From: Deltaproteobacteria bacterium GWC2_42_11
GTDB taxonomy: Bacteria > Desulfobacterota > GWC2-55-46 > UBA9637 > GWC2-42-11
DNA length: 54,913 nt
Reading direction: 5' to 3'
NCBI GenBank assembly: GCA_001797495.1
Contig: MGPS01000013.1
Coordinates: forward strand, 21,258-76,170
A model generated the notes under the pieces. It made no database searches. It was not told the DNA's origin and saw only the letters and a program-made list of their open reading frames with translations. Below are positions 39,501-48,654 of the stretch, piece by piece; the stretch's first letter is position 1, and the number at the start of each line of letters is the position of its first letter. Position numbers and translations under genes: made by a program.

Positions 39501-41162
39501 ATGCCAGATACCCATGATACTCAATCCCTTCTAAAAGTAAGACTCCAGTGGTTAATGATAATGAGGGTGGCGCTTGCAATCCTGTTCCTCGGCACCACAA
39601 GCTGGTTCCAGATCACAAGGGTCCTGTTTTTTGATGCAAATCTCTATCCGTTCTATTTTATTGTTATAATCATATCAGGTACGTCCATCCTTTACGGCAT
39701 TTTGATGAGGTGGATAAACAACCTCATTCTCTTTACATACCTGCAGATATTTATGGACATCTTTATTATAACCGCTGCTGTTTATATTACCGGCGGTATG
39801 GGCAGTATACTGTCCATCCTTTATTTCTTCTCCATAATAAGCGGGAGCATCCTGCTTAAGCGGGTTGGCGGGTTTTATGCTGCGGCAGCAAGCACCATAT
39901 TTTACGGTATTCTGATAGATGCAGATTTCTATGGCATACTGCCTGCCGACTACCAGATAGTTACATGGAATATCGTAAGAAGCAGAGAAGAGTTTTTAAC
40001 CACTCTTTTTACAAACATTGCAGCATTTTTTACAATTGCATTCTTAAGCGGTTACCTGGCAGAAAGGATGGCGCGTGTTGAGAAGGAACTGAAGAATAAA
40101 GATATAGATTTCAGGAGGCTTGAGTCTCTCAATAAATACATCATTGAAAATATCTCGAGCGGTATAATTACAGTGGATAAAGGTTTAAGGATAACCTCTT
40201 TTAACATGGCGGCAGAAAGAATAACAGGATATGCAATGAGTGAGGTATATAATAAAAGGCTTGGTGATTTTTTTACAGGGCTTACAGAGGGTGATTCTTT
40301 TAAAAATGCCATACTGCTATCTTTTTTGAGAGGTGAAATAACTTTTGAAAGGAGGGACGGACAAAGACTTTATCTGGGGTTTACAGTGTCAGAGATGAAG
40401 GATGAAACGGGCAAAGAGACGGGTTATATTCTGATAGTCCGGGACTTGACTTCGTTAAAGGACATAGAAGAGAGGATGAGGAGGGATGAAAGGCTCAAGT
40501 CTCTTGGCGAACTTGCTGCAGGTCTGGCGCATGAAATCAGAAACCCCCTTGCTTCTATAAACGGCTCGATACAGGTTTTGAAACATGACCTTAAACTTGC
40601 CGGGGATGATTTACATCTGATGGATATCGCACTCCGGGAGACAAACAGGCTTAATCTGCTGATTACGGACTTTCTTTTGTTTGCCAAACCTGCACCGCCT
40701 AAAAAGGTTGAAGTTGATATAAAAAACCTGATAGAAGAAATCGTTGAGATGTTTAAAAACAGCCCTGGTGCCGGTAGTATAGATATATTTACAGAGATTG
40801 AGGATAACCTCAAAATTCTGGCAGACCAGCGGAGCATGAAGCAGGTCTTCTGGAATCTATTTTTGAATGCCCAGCATGCAATGCCAGGTGGGGGGAGGCT
40901 GTTTATCCATGCAGGACGACATAGATTACAGCCGCATTCCATAGAAATAACTGTCTCTGATACAGGGAGAGGTATTGACGAAAAGGATATAGACAATATA
41001 TTTGATCCGTTCTTTACAACAAAGGATGGAGGGACAGGACTTGGTCTCGCGATAGTCCACAGGGTTATAGATAGCCACAGCGGAACAATAGTTGCGGAGA
41101 GTGAAAAAGGGAAAGGGACTGCATTTAAGATGTGTCTTCCACTTGCAAGGAAGGGGGACTAG
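39501..41162 (+). CDS. pilS: PilS-type sensor histidine kinase
   Basis: Multi-TM N-terminus, a PAS domain, the H-box HEIRNPL, and N/G boxes. The ATG at 39501 is preferred because the track extension translates the MITE. Confidence 0.85.
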   Translation: MPDTHDTQSLLKVRLQWLMIMRVALAILFLGTTSWFQITRVLFFDANLYPFYFIVIIISGTSILYGILMRWINNLILFTYLQIFMDIFIITAAVYITGGMGSILSILYFFSIISGSILLKRVGGFYAAAASTIFYGILIDADFYGILPADYQIVTWNIVRSREEFLTTLFTNIAAFFTIAFLSGYLAERMARVEKELKNKDIDFRRLESLNKYIIENISSGIITVDKGLRITSFNMAAERITGYAMSEVYNKRLGDFFTGLTEGDSFKNAILLSFLRGEITFERRDGQRLYLGFTVSEMKDETGKETGYILIVRDLTSLKDIEERMRRDERLKSLGELAAGLAHEIRNPLASINGSIQVLKHDLKLAGDDLHLMDIALRETNRLNLLITDFLLFAKPAPPKKVEVDIKNLIEEIVEMFKNSPGAGSIDIFTEIEDNLKILADQRSMKQVFWNLFLNAQHAMPGGGRLFIHAGRHRLQPHSIEITVSDTGRGIDEKDIDNIFDPFFTTKDGGTGLGLAIVHRVIDSHSGTIVAESEKGKGTAFKMCLPLARKGD

Positions 41163-41165
41163 AAA

Positions 41166-42584
41166 ATGGCAAAAGAAGAGAAACTACTCATAGTTGATGA
41201 TGAAAAAAGCATGAGGGACTTCCTTGAGATAATGTTCAAGAAAGAAGGCTACAAGGTAGCCACCTCAACGTCTGCAGAGGATGGACTTGCCCTGTGTGAC
41301 AAGGGGACATTTGACCTCATCATTACTGATATAAAGATGGGGGGTATGGATGGTGTCTCGTTTGTGGAAAAGGTAAAAGAGGTATGCCCTGAAACAACTG
41401 TCATTGTTATTACAGCATATGCAAGCATTGATAATGCGGTAAAGGCAATGAAGGTAGGTGCGTATGATTATATTTCAAAGCCGTTTAATGTGGATGAGGT
41501 AAAACTCATTGTGCGAAAGGCACTGGATATGCGGCAACTGGAAAAGGAGAATATCGTTCTTAAGAAGGAGTTAAAACAAAAGTACGGTTTTGCAAACCTG
41601 ATAGGTATAAGTTCAAAGATGGTAGATATATATAATTTAATAAAAAGGGTTGCTTCTACAAAAAGCAATATCCTTATTACAGGCGAAAGCGGTACAGGTA
41701 AGGAACTTGTTGCAAGGGCAATCCATTACGAGGGGGACAGGAAGGGTGCCACTTTTATTGCTGTAAACTGTGGCGCAATCCCTGAAAACCTGATAGAAAG
41801 TGAGATGTTCGGGCATCAGAAAGGTGCATTTACAGGTGCAATTGCAAATAAGAGCGGCCTTTTTGAAGCAGCAAACAGCGGTACGATATTTCTGGATGAG
41901 ATTACAGAACTTCCTCTTCACACACAGGTCAAACTCTTACGGGTTATACAGGAAAGGAGTTTCAGGAGGGTCGGCGGTATAGATGATATATCAGTGGATG
42001 TCCGCATAATTGCTGCGTCCAACAGGGATATTGAGGATGAGGTGAAAGAAGGTAGATTCAGGGAGGACCTGTTTTACAGGCTTAATGTCATACCTATATA
42101 TATACCTGCCTTGCGGGAAAGAAGAGAGGATGTCCCTATGCTGGCAGACCATTTTCTTGAAAAATATAGGAAAGAACTCGGCAAGGATATAAAAAAGATA
42201 TCAGAGGAGGCTGTGAAAATTCTATTGCATTACAACTACCCCGGGAATGTCAGAGAACTTGAAAATATTATTGAACGGGCTGTGGCGCTAGAGGCATCTG
42301 ACATAATACTTCCTGAAAGTTTGCCGGAAAACTTACGGTATTCTATTACAGAAATTCTGCCATCTGACTTTAACCTTGAAAAGAAAAGACTTACTCGGCT
42401 GCCGTTTCATATTACAGAAATTCTGCCATCTGACTTTAACCTTGAAAAGACCATAGAATCATACGAAAAGGAAATGTTTCTGAAGGCACTTAAAATGTCA
42501 GGCGGTGTAAAAACTAAGGCAGCAAAACTCCTCGGGCTGAGTTTCAGGTCTTTGAGGTATAAATTTGAGAAATACGGGTTATAG
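41166..42584 (+). CDS. pilR: sigma-54-dependent response regulator PilR (NtrC family)
   Basis: Receiver domain (DDEKS...D...K), AAA+ with GESGTGKE and the GAFTGA loop, and a C-terminal Fis-type HTH. Confidence 0.9.
   Translation: MAKEEKLLIVDDEKSMRDFLEIMFKKEGYKVATSTSAEDGLALCDKGTFDLIITDIKMGGMDGVSFVEKVKEVCPETTVIVITAYASIDNAVKAMKVGAYDYISKPFNVDEVKLIVRKALDMRQLEKENIVLKKELKQKYGFANLIGISSKMVDIYNLIKRVASTKSNILITGESGTGKELVARAIHYEGDRKGATFIAVNCGAIPENLIESEMFGHQKGAFTGAIANKSGLFEAANSGTIFLDEITELPLHTQVKLLRVIQERSFRRVGGIDDISVDVRIIAASNRDIEDEVKEGRFREDLFYRLNVIPIYIPALRERREDVPMLADHFLEKYRKELGKDIKKISEEAVKILLHYNYPGNVRELENIIERAVALEASDIILPESLPENLRYSITEILPSDFNLEKKRLTRLPFHITEILPSDFNLEKTIESYEKEMFLKALKMSGGVKTKAAKLLGLSFRSLRYKFEKYGL
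42345..42449 (+). repeat. perfect 39 bp direct repeat (66 bp period) inside pilR
   Basis: ATTACAGAAATTCTGCCATCTGACTTTAACCTTGAAAAG occurs at 42345-42383 and 42411-42449. It duplicates ITEILPSDFNLEK in the linker before the HTH. Confidence 0.9.
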
Positions 42585-42590
42585 TTCTTA

Positions 42591-43898
42591 CTATCTCTTC
42601 TTAAAGATAAGTTTTACAGGAATTTTATCAAGACCGAACTCTTCCCTTATTCTGTTTATCAGAAATCTCTCATAGGAAAGGTGGATACCTTCAGGGTAGT
42701 TTGTGAAAGCCACAAATGTCGGCGGGTTGATAGAGGTCTGTGTTATATAGTAAACTTTAATCTCTTTATTTTTATACCGCGGCGGTTGGGGTGCCTTCGT
42801 AAATTTATTAAAAAACTTGTTCAGCAAGGATGTCTGCACCCTCGTAGAAAGTTGTGCTGCAACCTCATCGACAACTGCAATTATTTTGTTGATGCGCTGT
42901 CCTGTTAGTGCGGATACAAAGACGACAGGTGCGAACTGAAGGAACTTTGCCTTCCACTTAATCCTCTCCTCGTATTCCTTTGCTGTGTTTGTTTCTTTTT
43001 CAACAGCATCCCATTTATTAATGACGAGGATGCATCCCTTCCCCTTTTCATAGGCTATGCCTGCTATCCTTTCATCCTGCTCTGTGATTCCCTCTACAGC
43101 ATCTATAAGGATGAGCGCCACATCACACCGCTCGATACTCCTTATCGCGTGCACAACAGCGTACCTTTCAATGGTTCTGCTTATCTTACCCTTCTGCCTT
43201 ATCCCTGCTGTATCTATAAGGATGTATTTCCTTTTGCCCATTTCAAAAGATGTGTCAATGGCATCTCTGGTTGTGCCTGGGATATTGCTTACCATAACCC
43301 TTTCATAGCCGACCAGTTTGTTGACCAGTGTTGATTTTCCGACATTAGGTCTCCCGACAACCGCAATCCTTATTCTTTCATCATCCTCATCAATATATTC
43401 TCCGGCAGGGACGAGGAGCCTTATTTTATCTATAAGTTCATCAATGCCTATGCCGTGCTCTGCAGAAACAGGTATTATCTCTTCCATCCCGAGTTTAAAG
43501 AAATCTCCGAGTTTGTTTCCGACTGCAGGTGTATCAACCTTATTTACTGTATATATTACGGGCTTTGAAGTTTTTCTCAGGATGGAAGCAACATCTATAT
43601 CATTTAATGTAAGCCCTGCCCGTGCATCCATCAGGAATATAATTATATCAGATTCTTCAATAGCCATCTGTGCCTGTTCTCTTACCATGGAGAACATTTT
43701 GTCCTTTGCATCAGGTTCAAAGCCGCCTGTGTCAATAAGTGTAAAAGAAATATCTTTATCAGTTACATCTCCGTAGTTTAAATCCCTTGTTACACCCGGC
43801 TCATCCAGAACAATAGCCTTTTTCCTGCCGACTATCCTGTTAAACAGACATGATTTGCCAACATTGGGTCTGCCGACTATTGCAACAATTGGTTTCAT
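42591..43898 (-). CDS. der: ribosome-associated GTPase Der (EngA)
   Basis: Two tandem G domains (GRPNVGKS twice) plus a KH-like C-terminus. Confidence 0.95.
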   Translation of the reverse strand: MKPIVAIVGRPNVGKSCLFNRIVGRKKAIVLDEPGVTRDLNYGDVTDKDISFTLIDTGGFEPDAKDKMFSMVREQAQMAIEESDIIIFLMDARAGLTLNDIDVASILRKTSKPVIYTVNKVDTPAVGNKLGDFFKLGMEEIIPVSAEHGIGIDELIDKIRLLVPAGEYIDEDDERIRIAVVGRPNVGKSTLVNKLVGYERVMVSNIPGTTRDAIDTSFEMGKRKYILIDTAGIRQKGKISRTIERYAVVHAIRSIERCDVALILIDAVEGITEQDERIAGIAYEKGKGCILVINKWDAVEKETNTAKEYEERIKWKAKFLQFAPVVFVSALTGQRINKIIAVVDEVAAQLSTRVQTSLLNKFFNKFTKAPQPPRYKNKEIKVYYITQTSINPPTFVAFTNYPEGIHLSYERFLINRIREEFGLDKIPVKLIFKKR

Positions 43899-44785
43899 CT
43901 GAAATACCCAAACTCCCTTAACACCCTTGTATCTTCAGTCCACTTTTCCTGAACCCGCACAAAAAGTTTTAAGAAAACCCTTGTCCCAAGGAGTTTCTCT
44001 ATATCAAGCCTTGCACGGGTGCCTATCTCTTTCAGCATACTGCCTTTTTTACCGATTATGATGCCCTTTTGTGATTCTCTTTCCACATTTATTGCTGCCA
44101 TTATCCGCACAAGATTTTTCCCTGTTTCTTCCCTGAACTCTTCTATCTGGATAGCAGTGGAATAAGGTACCTCCTCTTTAGTGAGTTCAAAGACCTTTTC
44201 CCTTATAATCTCTGCAGCAAGAAATTTTTCAGGCAGGTCAGTCAATATGTCTTCAGGGAAATATTTTGGACCCTCTGGCAGTAATCCTATAACCTTTTCA
44301 AGCAGTATGTCTATACCGTCATTCTTTATGCAGGATATTGGTATAACCTCTTCAAATTTATGCAGGCTGGAATATCCCTTAATAATGGGCAGCAGTGTGT
44401 CCTTCTTAATAAGGTCTATTTTGTTTATGCACAGGATTACAGGATTTTTAACACGTTTTAAGAGACTAATGTTATATCTCTCGTTATCGTCCAGTGGTTT
44501 ATTAGCAGCGATCATGTAAATAATTATGTCGACATCCCTAAGCGAAGACAGTGCCTGTTTCATCATCATCGCGTTAAATTCTGATTTTGTCCTGTGTATG
44601 CCGGGTGTGTCCAGAAAAATGATCTGGCAGTCTTTAAGGTTTTTTATGCCCGTTATCTTATTACGCGTGGTCTGCGGTTTTGTGGATACAATTGCAACCT
44701 TTTCACCCACGAGAATATTCAGGAGTGTTGATTTCCCGACATTCGGACTCCCTATTATTGAAACAAAACCTGATTTAAAAGACAT
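43895..44785 (-). CDS. era: GTPase Era
   Basis: GSPNVGKST, DTPG, NKID and a C-terminal KH domain. Confidence 0.95.
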   Translation of the reverse strand: MSFKSGFVSIIGSPNVGKSTLLNILVGEKVAIVSTKPQTTRNKITGIKNLKDCQIIFLDTPGIHRTKSEFNAMMMKQALSSLRDVDIIIYMIAANKPLDDNERYNISLLKRVKNPVILCINKIDLIKKDTLLPIIKGYSSLHKFEEVIPISCIKNDGIDILLEKVIGLLPEGPKYFPEDILTDLPEKFLAAEIIREKVFELTKEEVPYSTAIQIEEFREETGKNLVRIMAAINVERESQKGIIIGKKGSMLKEIGTRARLDIEKLLGTRVFLKLFVRVQEKWTEDTRVLREFGYFR

Positions 44786-44883
44786 GATTATAAAATACCA
44801 CCCAGTAAAACAGTTGTCAATCTATGACGGGACTAAATATGAACCTACAGGAGGCTTATCTTACAAAGGGGCATGAAAATCTC

Positions 44884-44981
44884 GCTGCTGCCTGCCCCGC
44901 CAGTGGCACAGGCTTCCAGCCTGTGATGATAGGCAAGATGCCTGTCCCACCAGGTTTGTAGGCGGGGCAGGCAGCAACAGC
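44884..44981. repeat. about 100 nt branched palindrome (15 bp outer stem enclosing two hairpins)
   Basis: GCTGCCTGCCCCGCC (44887-44901) pairs with GGCGGGGCAGGCAGC (44961-44975). Inner hairpins are CACAGGC/GCCTGTG and AGGCA/TGCCT. Confidence 0.6.
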
Positions 44982-45013
44982 AAAAAGATATTTTCGGGCA
45001 AAGGTATAGGTAA

Positions 45014-45198
45014 CCGTAAAATAGCGATTAAAAACCTCGCTATTTTACAAACCTGCGATTTGGCTGCCATACTTCGTTATCGGCCAATTTTTATTCCTCA
45101 CCGTATCGGTGAACATACGGCTCGTCTCAAAAATTGTCCGCTGCCTCGTCTGGCAGCCAACTTGCAGGTTTCCCCAAAAATCAATGTCTATTTTTGGG
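45014..45198 (+). mobile_element. MITE family 1, full-length copy B (185 bp), flanked by the 6 bp direct repeat AGGTAA
   Basis: It is the near-identical reverse complement of 16688..16871. AGGTAA is found at 45008-45013 and 45199-45204. Confidence 0.8.
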
Positions 45199-45212
45199 AG
45201 GTAAAATGGGGG

Positions 45213-45241
45213 TTGACAATGTAATTGTGTGATGATATTTT
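45213..45241 (+). promoter_or_regulatory. putative sigma70 promoter for tRNA-Ala
   Basis: TTGACA (45213-45218), a 17 nt spacer, then TATTTT (45236-45241), about 20 nt upstream of the tRNA 5' end. It shares the TATTTTTAAT context with the ffh promoter. Confidence 0.5.
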
Positions 45242-45261
45242 TAATCTCAGAGAATGGTAAT

Positions 45262-45337
45262 GGGGCTGTAGCTCAGTTGGGAGAGCGACAGGCTGGCAGT
45301 CTGTAGGTCAGGGGTTCGATCCCCCTCAGCTCCACCA
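45262..45337 (+). tRNA. tRNA-Ala (anticodon GGC)
   Basis: A 76 nt cloverleaf folded by hand: acceptor GGGGCTG/CAGCTCC with the G3:U70 Ala identity pair, anticodon loop CTGGCAG, a GGTTCGATCC T arm, and an encoded CCA. Confidence 0.93.
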
Positions 45338-45359
45338 GAAAAATCAAGGGATTGCAGAA

Positions 45360-45527
45360 TTATACGACATTAGAAACACCGTTGAAACCCCTTACTGTGA
45401 TAAAATTGTGATACTTTTCCCCGTGCAAAGTCTTGTCCATCACATCTACTGCTTTAGCCTTATGGCTTGGTGCAAGGTGAGCATACCTCATAGATCCTAA
45501 TTTGGCATTTGCATAATGCCTCGTCAA
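45360..45527 (-). pseudogene. 3' remnant of a tyrosine recombinase (integrase) gene next to tRNA-Ala
   Basis: The minus-strand frame reads ...GSMRYAHLAPSHKAKAVDVMD...*. This is the catalytic-Tyr RYAHL C-terminal box of phage-type integrases, with no upstream body. Confidence 0.55.
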
Positions 45528-45771
45528 TTATAATGCAATCCTTATCTCTCCAAAGCGACTGGGGGTCGAGCCGTGCCCTTTCCATAATGTCATAGTCATC
45601 CATGGTTATATAGGCAAAGTCCTGAAATTCATTCCGAAGCATGGTGCTTTTACCTACCTGCCGCGCTCCAGTCACCACGACAACAGAGAATATTGCGGTA
45701 GTTTGCCTCATTATTGGCGCCAACCTGCGTTTTATGTAATTTATTTCAGTATGCGAAATATTATCTTTCAT
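45460..45771 (-). pseudogene. 5' fragment of an AAA_14/DUF4143-family ATPase gene
   Basis: Walker A GARQVGKST and Walker B IIIDE are present, but homology stops near 45520 and the tail is unrelated sequence. Confidence 0.6.
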
Positions 45772-45931
45772 GGTTTAAAATATGCTGCTGTACTATCGCT
45801 TTGTCAACAGGTTTTTGCTATCTAAACAATACCCGAGTAATAAAATGGGCAGTTCTATTTAAACTGCTCTGATTGGCATGTATCAGAGGTATTGCACCTT
45901 CTGGATTTTTCCTCCCATCTTTTCACCCTAC

Positions 45932-46000
45932 CTACTTCATGACAGCCGTTGACAAAAACTCCTCAATAGAGATGCCGATTCCACCGACCAGCAGTTTCTT
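45932..46000 (-). pseudogene. 3'-terminal fragment of a DUF4143 ATPase paralog
   Basis: It reads KKLLVGGIGISIEEFLSTAVMK*, matching the C-terminus of the 46185..47147 ORF (KKLVVGGSGISIEEFLSTAVMEWVK*). Confidence 0.6.
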
Positions 46001-46113
46001 TACAAATTACTCAAAATTATTAAACCCCACTGACCAACCTTTGTCGCAGCCCTCTGGTATTTTGTCCTTAAAAATAGTATTGTTTGTCTGACAAAATAAG
46101 GAGGTTAAACCTT

Positions 46114-46185
46114 ATACCCCTCTATTCCCACAGCAGATTATCCACATACGAAACCTGCCCCCTCAAATATAAACTCCAATATCTT
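46114..46185 (+). pseudogene. 5' fragment of a Cas4-like PD-(D/E)XK nuclease gene (start codon mutated to ATA)
   Basis: It reads IPLYSHSRLSTYETCPLKYKLQY and parallels the 47619 copy. It is preceded by AAGGAGG and ends at the junction with the ATPase 3' end. Confidence 0.5.
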
Positions 46186-47376
46186 TATTTTACCCACTCC
46201 ATAACAGCCGTTGATAAAAACTCTTCAATAGAGATGCCGGAGCCGCCAACCACCAGTTTCTTTTGTGGTTTGAAGATAGAAAAAAATGCCTCCATTCCTG
46301 CAAGGGTATCCTTACTTCTGCCGCTTTTTACCTCTATTGCAACAATGATTTTGCCCAGACGCATGACAAAGTCCACCTCCTTGCCCCGTTCGCGCCAGTA
46401 AAACACCTCTGCCTTTGTGCTGGTTGTGCCATTAACCAAATGAGCGCCAACAGCCGTTTCCACCAGCCTGCCCCAAAAGTCGCGATTGGTTATGACTGTG
46501 TCAAATGAGATATTAGACTGAGCAGTCATCAGCGCTGTATTCAGAACCTGCATCTTCGGGCTTGACCCCCGCTGTTTAATCTGTTTTCCGGCAAATTTCT
46601 GCAAGCCTGTCAACATGCCGGCGCCTGCGAGCAGTTCTAGATAATGTGCAAGGGTTGTGGTGTTGCCTGCATCCTGCAACTGCCCCAGCATCTTTTGGTA
46701 GGATAAAATTTGGCCTGAATAATCACAGCCTAAAAGAAACAGTCTTCTGAGCAGCGCCGGCTTGTCCACGCGGGTCATAAGAAGAATATCCCTTGAGAGA
46801 GTAGTCTCAATCAGCGAGTCAATAATATACCGCGACCAGCGCTCCTGATCATCTATTAAACCGGCTGCACCGGGATAGCCGCCGAAATATATAAACTGCT
46901 CAACATCCCAGCCAAAGGCATCTTTCATTTCAGAGAATGACCAGTGGGTAAGGGGGATAATCTCAAAACGTCCTGCAAGGCTTTCAGTCAACCCGTGCTG
47001 GATAAAAAGCGGAGATGAGCCAAGCAATACAACCTTCAGCCGAGTTTTTTTAGCAGTATCTTCGTCCCACAGACGCTTTACAATCTCAGACCAGCCTGAT
47101 ACCTTCTGCACCTCATCAAGGGCAAGAAGCGTCCCCCCTTTTTTCATTTTTCCTTGCTTGAAGCCTGCCTATTTCCCATTGCTGCTCAATCCAAACCGCG
47201 CTTTTCAATGTCGGCTCATCTGCTGATGCATAATGACTGGGAACCTTGAGCGCCTCTATAACCTGTCTTATCAGGGTGGTTTTACCCACCTGCCTCGGCC
47301 CTGCCAGAACCTGCAGAAATCTCCTCGGCTCCTTAAGTCTTGATAAAAGGGTCTTATATATGGGACGGCTATACAT
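46185..47376 (-). pseudogene. AAA_14 + DUF4143 ATPase (C-terminal PD-(D/E)XK-like domain), frameshifted in an A6G6 run
   Basis: The N-terminal ORF 47116..47376 has Walker A GPRQVGKTT. The body ORF 46185..47147 starts at LLALDEVQK (Walker B) and ends with EVDFV...AIEVKSG. The frames meet at GAAAAAAGGGGGG (plus strand 47133-47144). Confidence 0.75.
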
Positions 47377-47434
47377 TACGAAACCTCAATTTAAGTCCAT
47401 AAAATGCAGCGATAACAAAAGGTTGCAGGCTTGC

Positions 47435-47474
47435 TTACAAATTACTCAATATCTTGAGTAATTTTACTCAAAAT
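47435..47474. promoter_or_regulatory. operator-like site with three TTACTCAA half-sites in the divergent ATPase/nuclease intergenic region
   Basis: The sequence TTACAAATTACTCAATATCTTGAGTAATTTTACTCAAAAT contains the perfect palindrome ATTACTCAA-TATC-TTGAGTAAT. A collapsed version, TTACAAATTACTCAAAAT, recurs at 46000-46017. Confidence 0.5.
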
Positions 47475-47618
47475 AGAATAAATGTCAAATGTTTTAATCT
47501 TTAAAGATTGACAGGCTTTTGTTAAAGGTGTAAGATTTAAAATACTGACAGATGGAAACGATTCAACATTGTTCAAAAAATAAAGACAACCGCAAAGGTA
47601 TTTAAGGAGCCTCATTGT

Positions 47619-47750
47619 ATGCCCATCTATTCCCACAGCAAATTATCTACCTACGAAACCTGTCCTCTCCAATACAAACTTCAATTATTGATAATGATGA
47701 GATTACAAAGAAGGGCGTTATCACCTCACCCACTCCATAACAGCCGTTGA
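47619..47750 (+). pseudogene. 5' fragment of a Cas4-like PD-(D/E)XK nuclease gene
   Basis: MPIYSHSKLSTYETCPLQYKLQ is the usual N-terminus of PDDEXK_1-type nucleases. The ORF then runs into a third copy of the ATPase 3'-end sequence and stops. Confidence 0.55.
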
Positions 47751-47767
47751 CAAAAACTCCTCAATAG

Positions 47768-48565
47768 TCTGATGGCGGTAAATTACCTCATGCAAAGAAT
47801 AAAAATGTAAATGAAATAGTTAACTACTTTGCTGCATTACGGTATATCTCAAAACATGCAAATAAAAGAAGTATATCTCAAAACGATATATTAAAAATTC
47901 ATAAAATCATAGGTGAGGGTGTTCTTGAAAGGGAACCTGTAGGGGCATCCAGAACATACCATATGTATGTAGGAAATCATGTTCCGCCAAAATATGAAGA
48001 TGTTTCCATGCTGGCAGGTGAATTTCTTGAGGGGTTAAACGGTCAAGGACGATCTCTGCCTGCTGTATTTTCCTCTGCCATTCTTCATTATCAATTTGAA
48101 TTTATCCATCCCTTTGGTGATGGTAATGGAAGGGTGGGATGTGTTCTTGCCACATGGGAATTATACAAAAGAAAATTTGATACTCACCATATCTTTTCAG
48201 TTGATGAAGTTTTCTGGGAAAGCAGGCAAAGGTATTATGCTGCTTTGGATAATGTCCGTCAGCAAAAAGAAGACCTCACAGGCCGGCTGGAATTTATTGC
48301 AGAAGCAGTGGAACTTACACTTGAAAGGATGTGGATGAGGATTGAATCTATTAAATTAGAAGGTAAAAAAGGTTCTATTGCTTTGACCCCTAAACAGGAA
48401 AAACTTCTGCATTTACTCAGAGAAACGTCATTAAATATAAAAGAGATTCAATCTGAGTTGAAAGTAACCAAGCAGGGGGCGCATTTTATTTTAAAACCTT
48501 TATTGCAAGATAGCCTTGTTAAACGGATTGGCGGACATAAGACTGGTAAGTATAGGTTGTCTTAA
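47768..48565 (+). pseudogene. Fic-domain protein with C-terminal wHTH, 5'-truncated
   Basis: It has the Fic motif HPFGDGNGRVG. The frame is open back to 47768 with no start codon before the ATG at 47963, and it abuts the ATPase 3'-end repeat. Confidence 0.7.
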
Positions 48566-48654
48566 CTAAATGGGAAGTTAATAGGTTTTTAAAATGGCGT
48601 AGAATATTCTATGCCCCTTTTTATTTTTATCACTTATTCACGGATTGACTGATA

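Noticed and set aside
44884-45198. Possible RNase P RNA, tmRNA, 6S or SRP RNA upstream of tRNA-Ala
   Set aside because: None of the conserved cores (GAGGAAAGUCC P4, a tRNA-like tmRNA end, an SRP GGAA/AGCA domain IV) is present. The 185 bp part is multi-copy with target-site duplications, so it is a mobile repeat.
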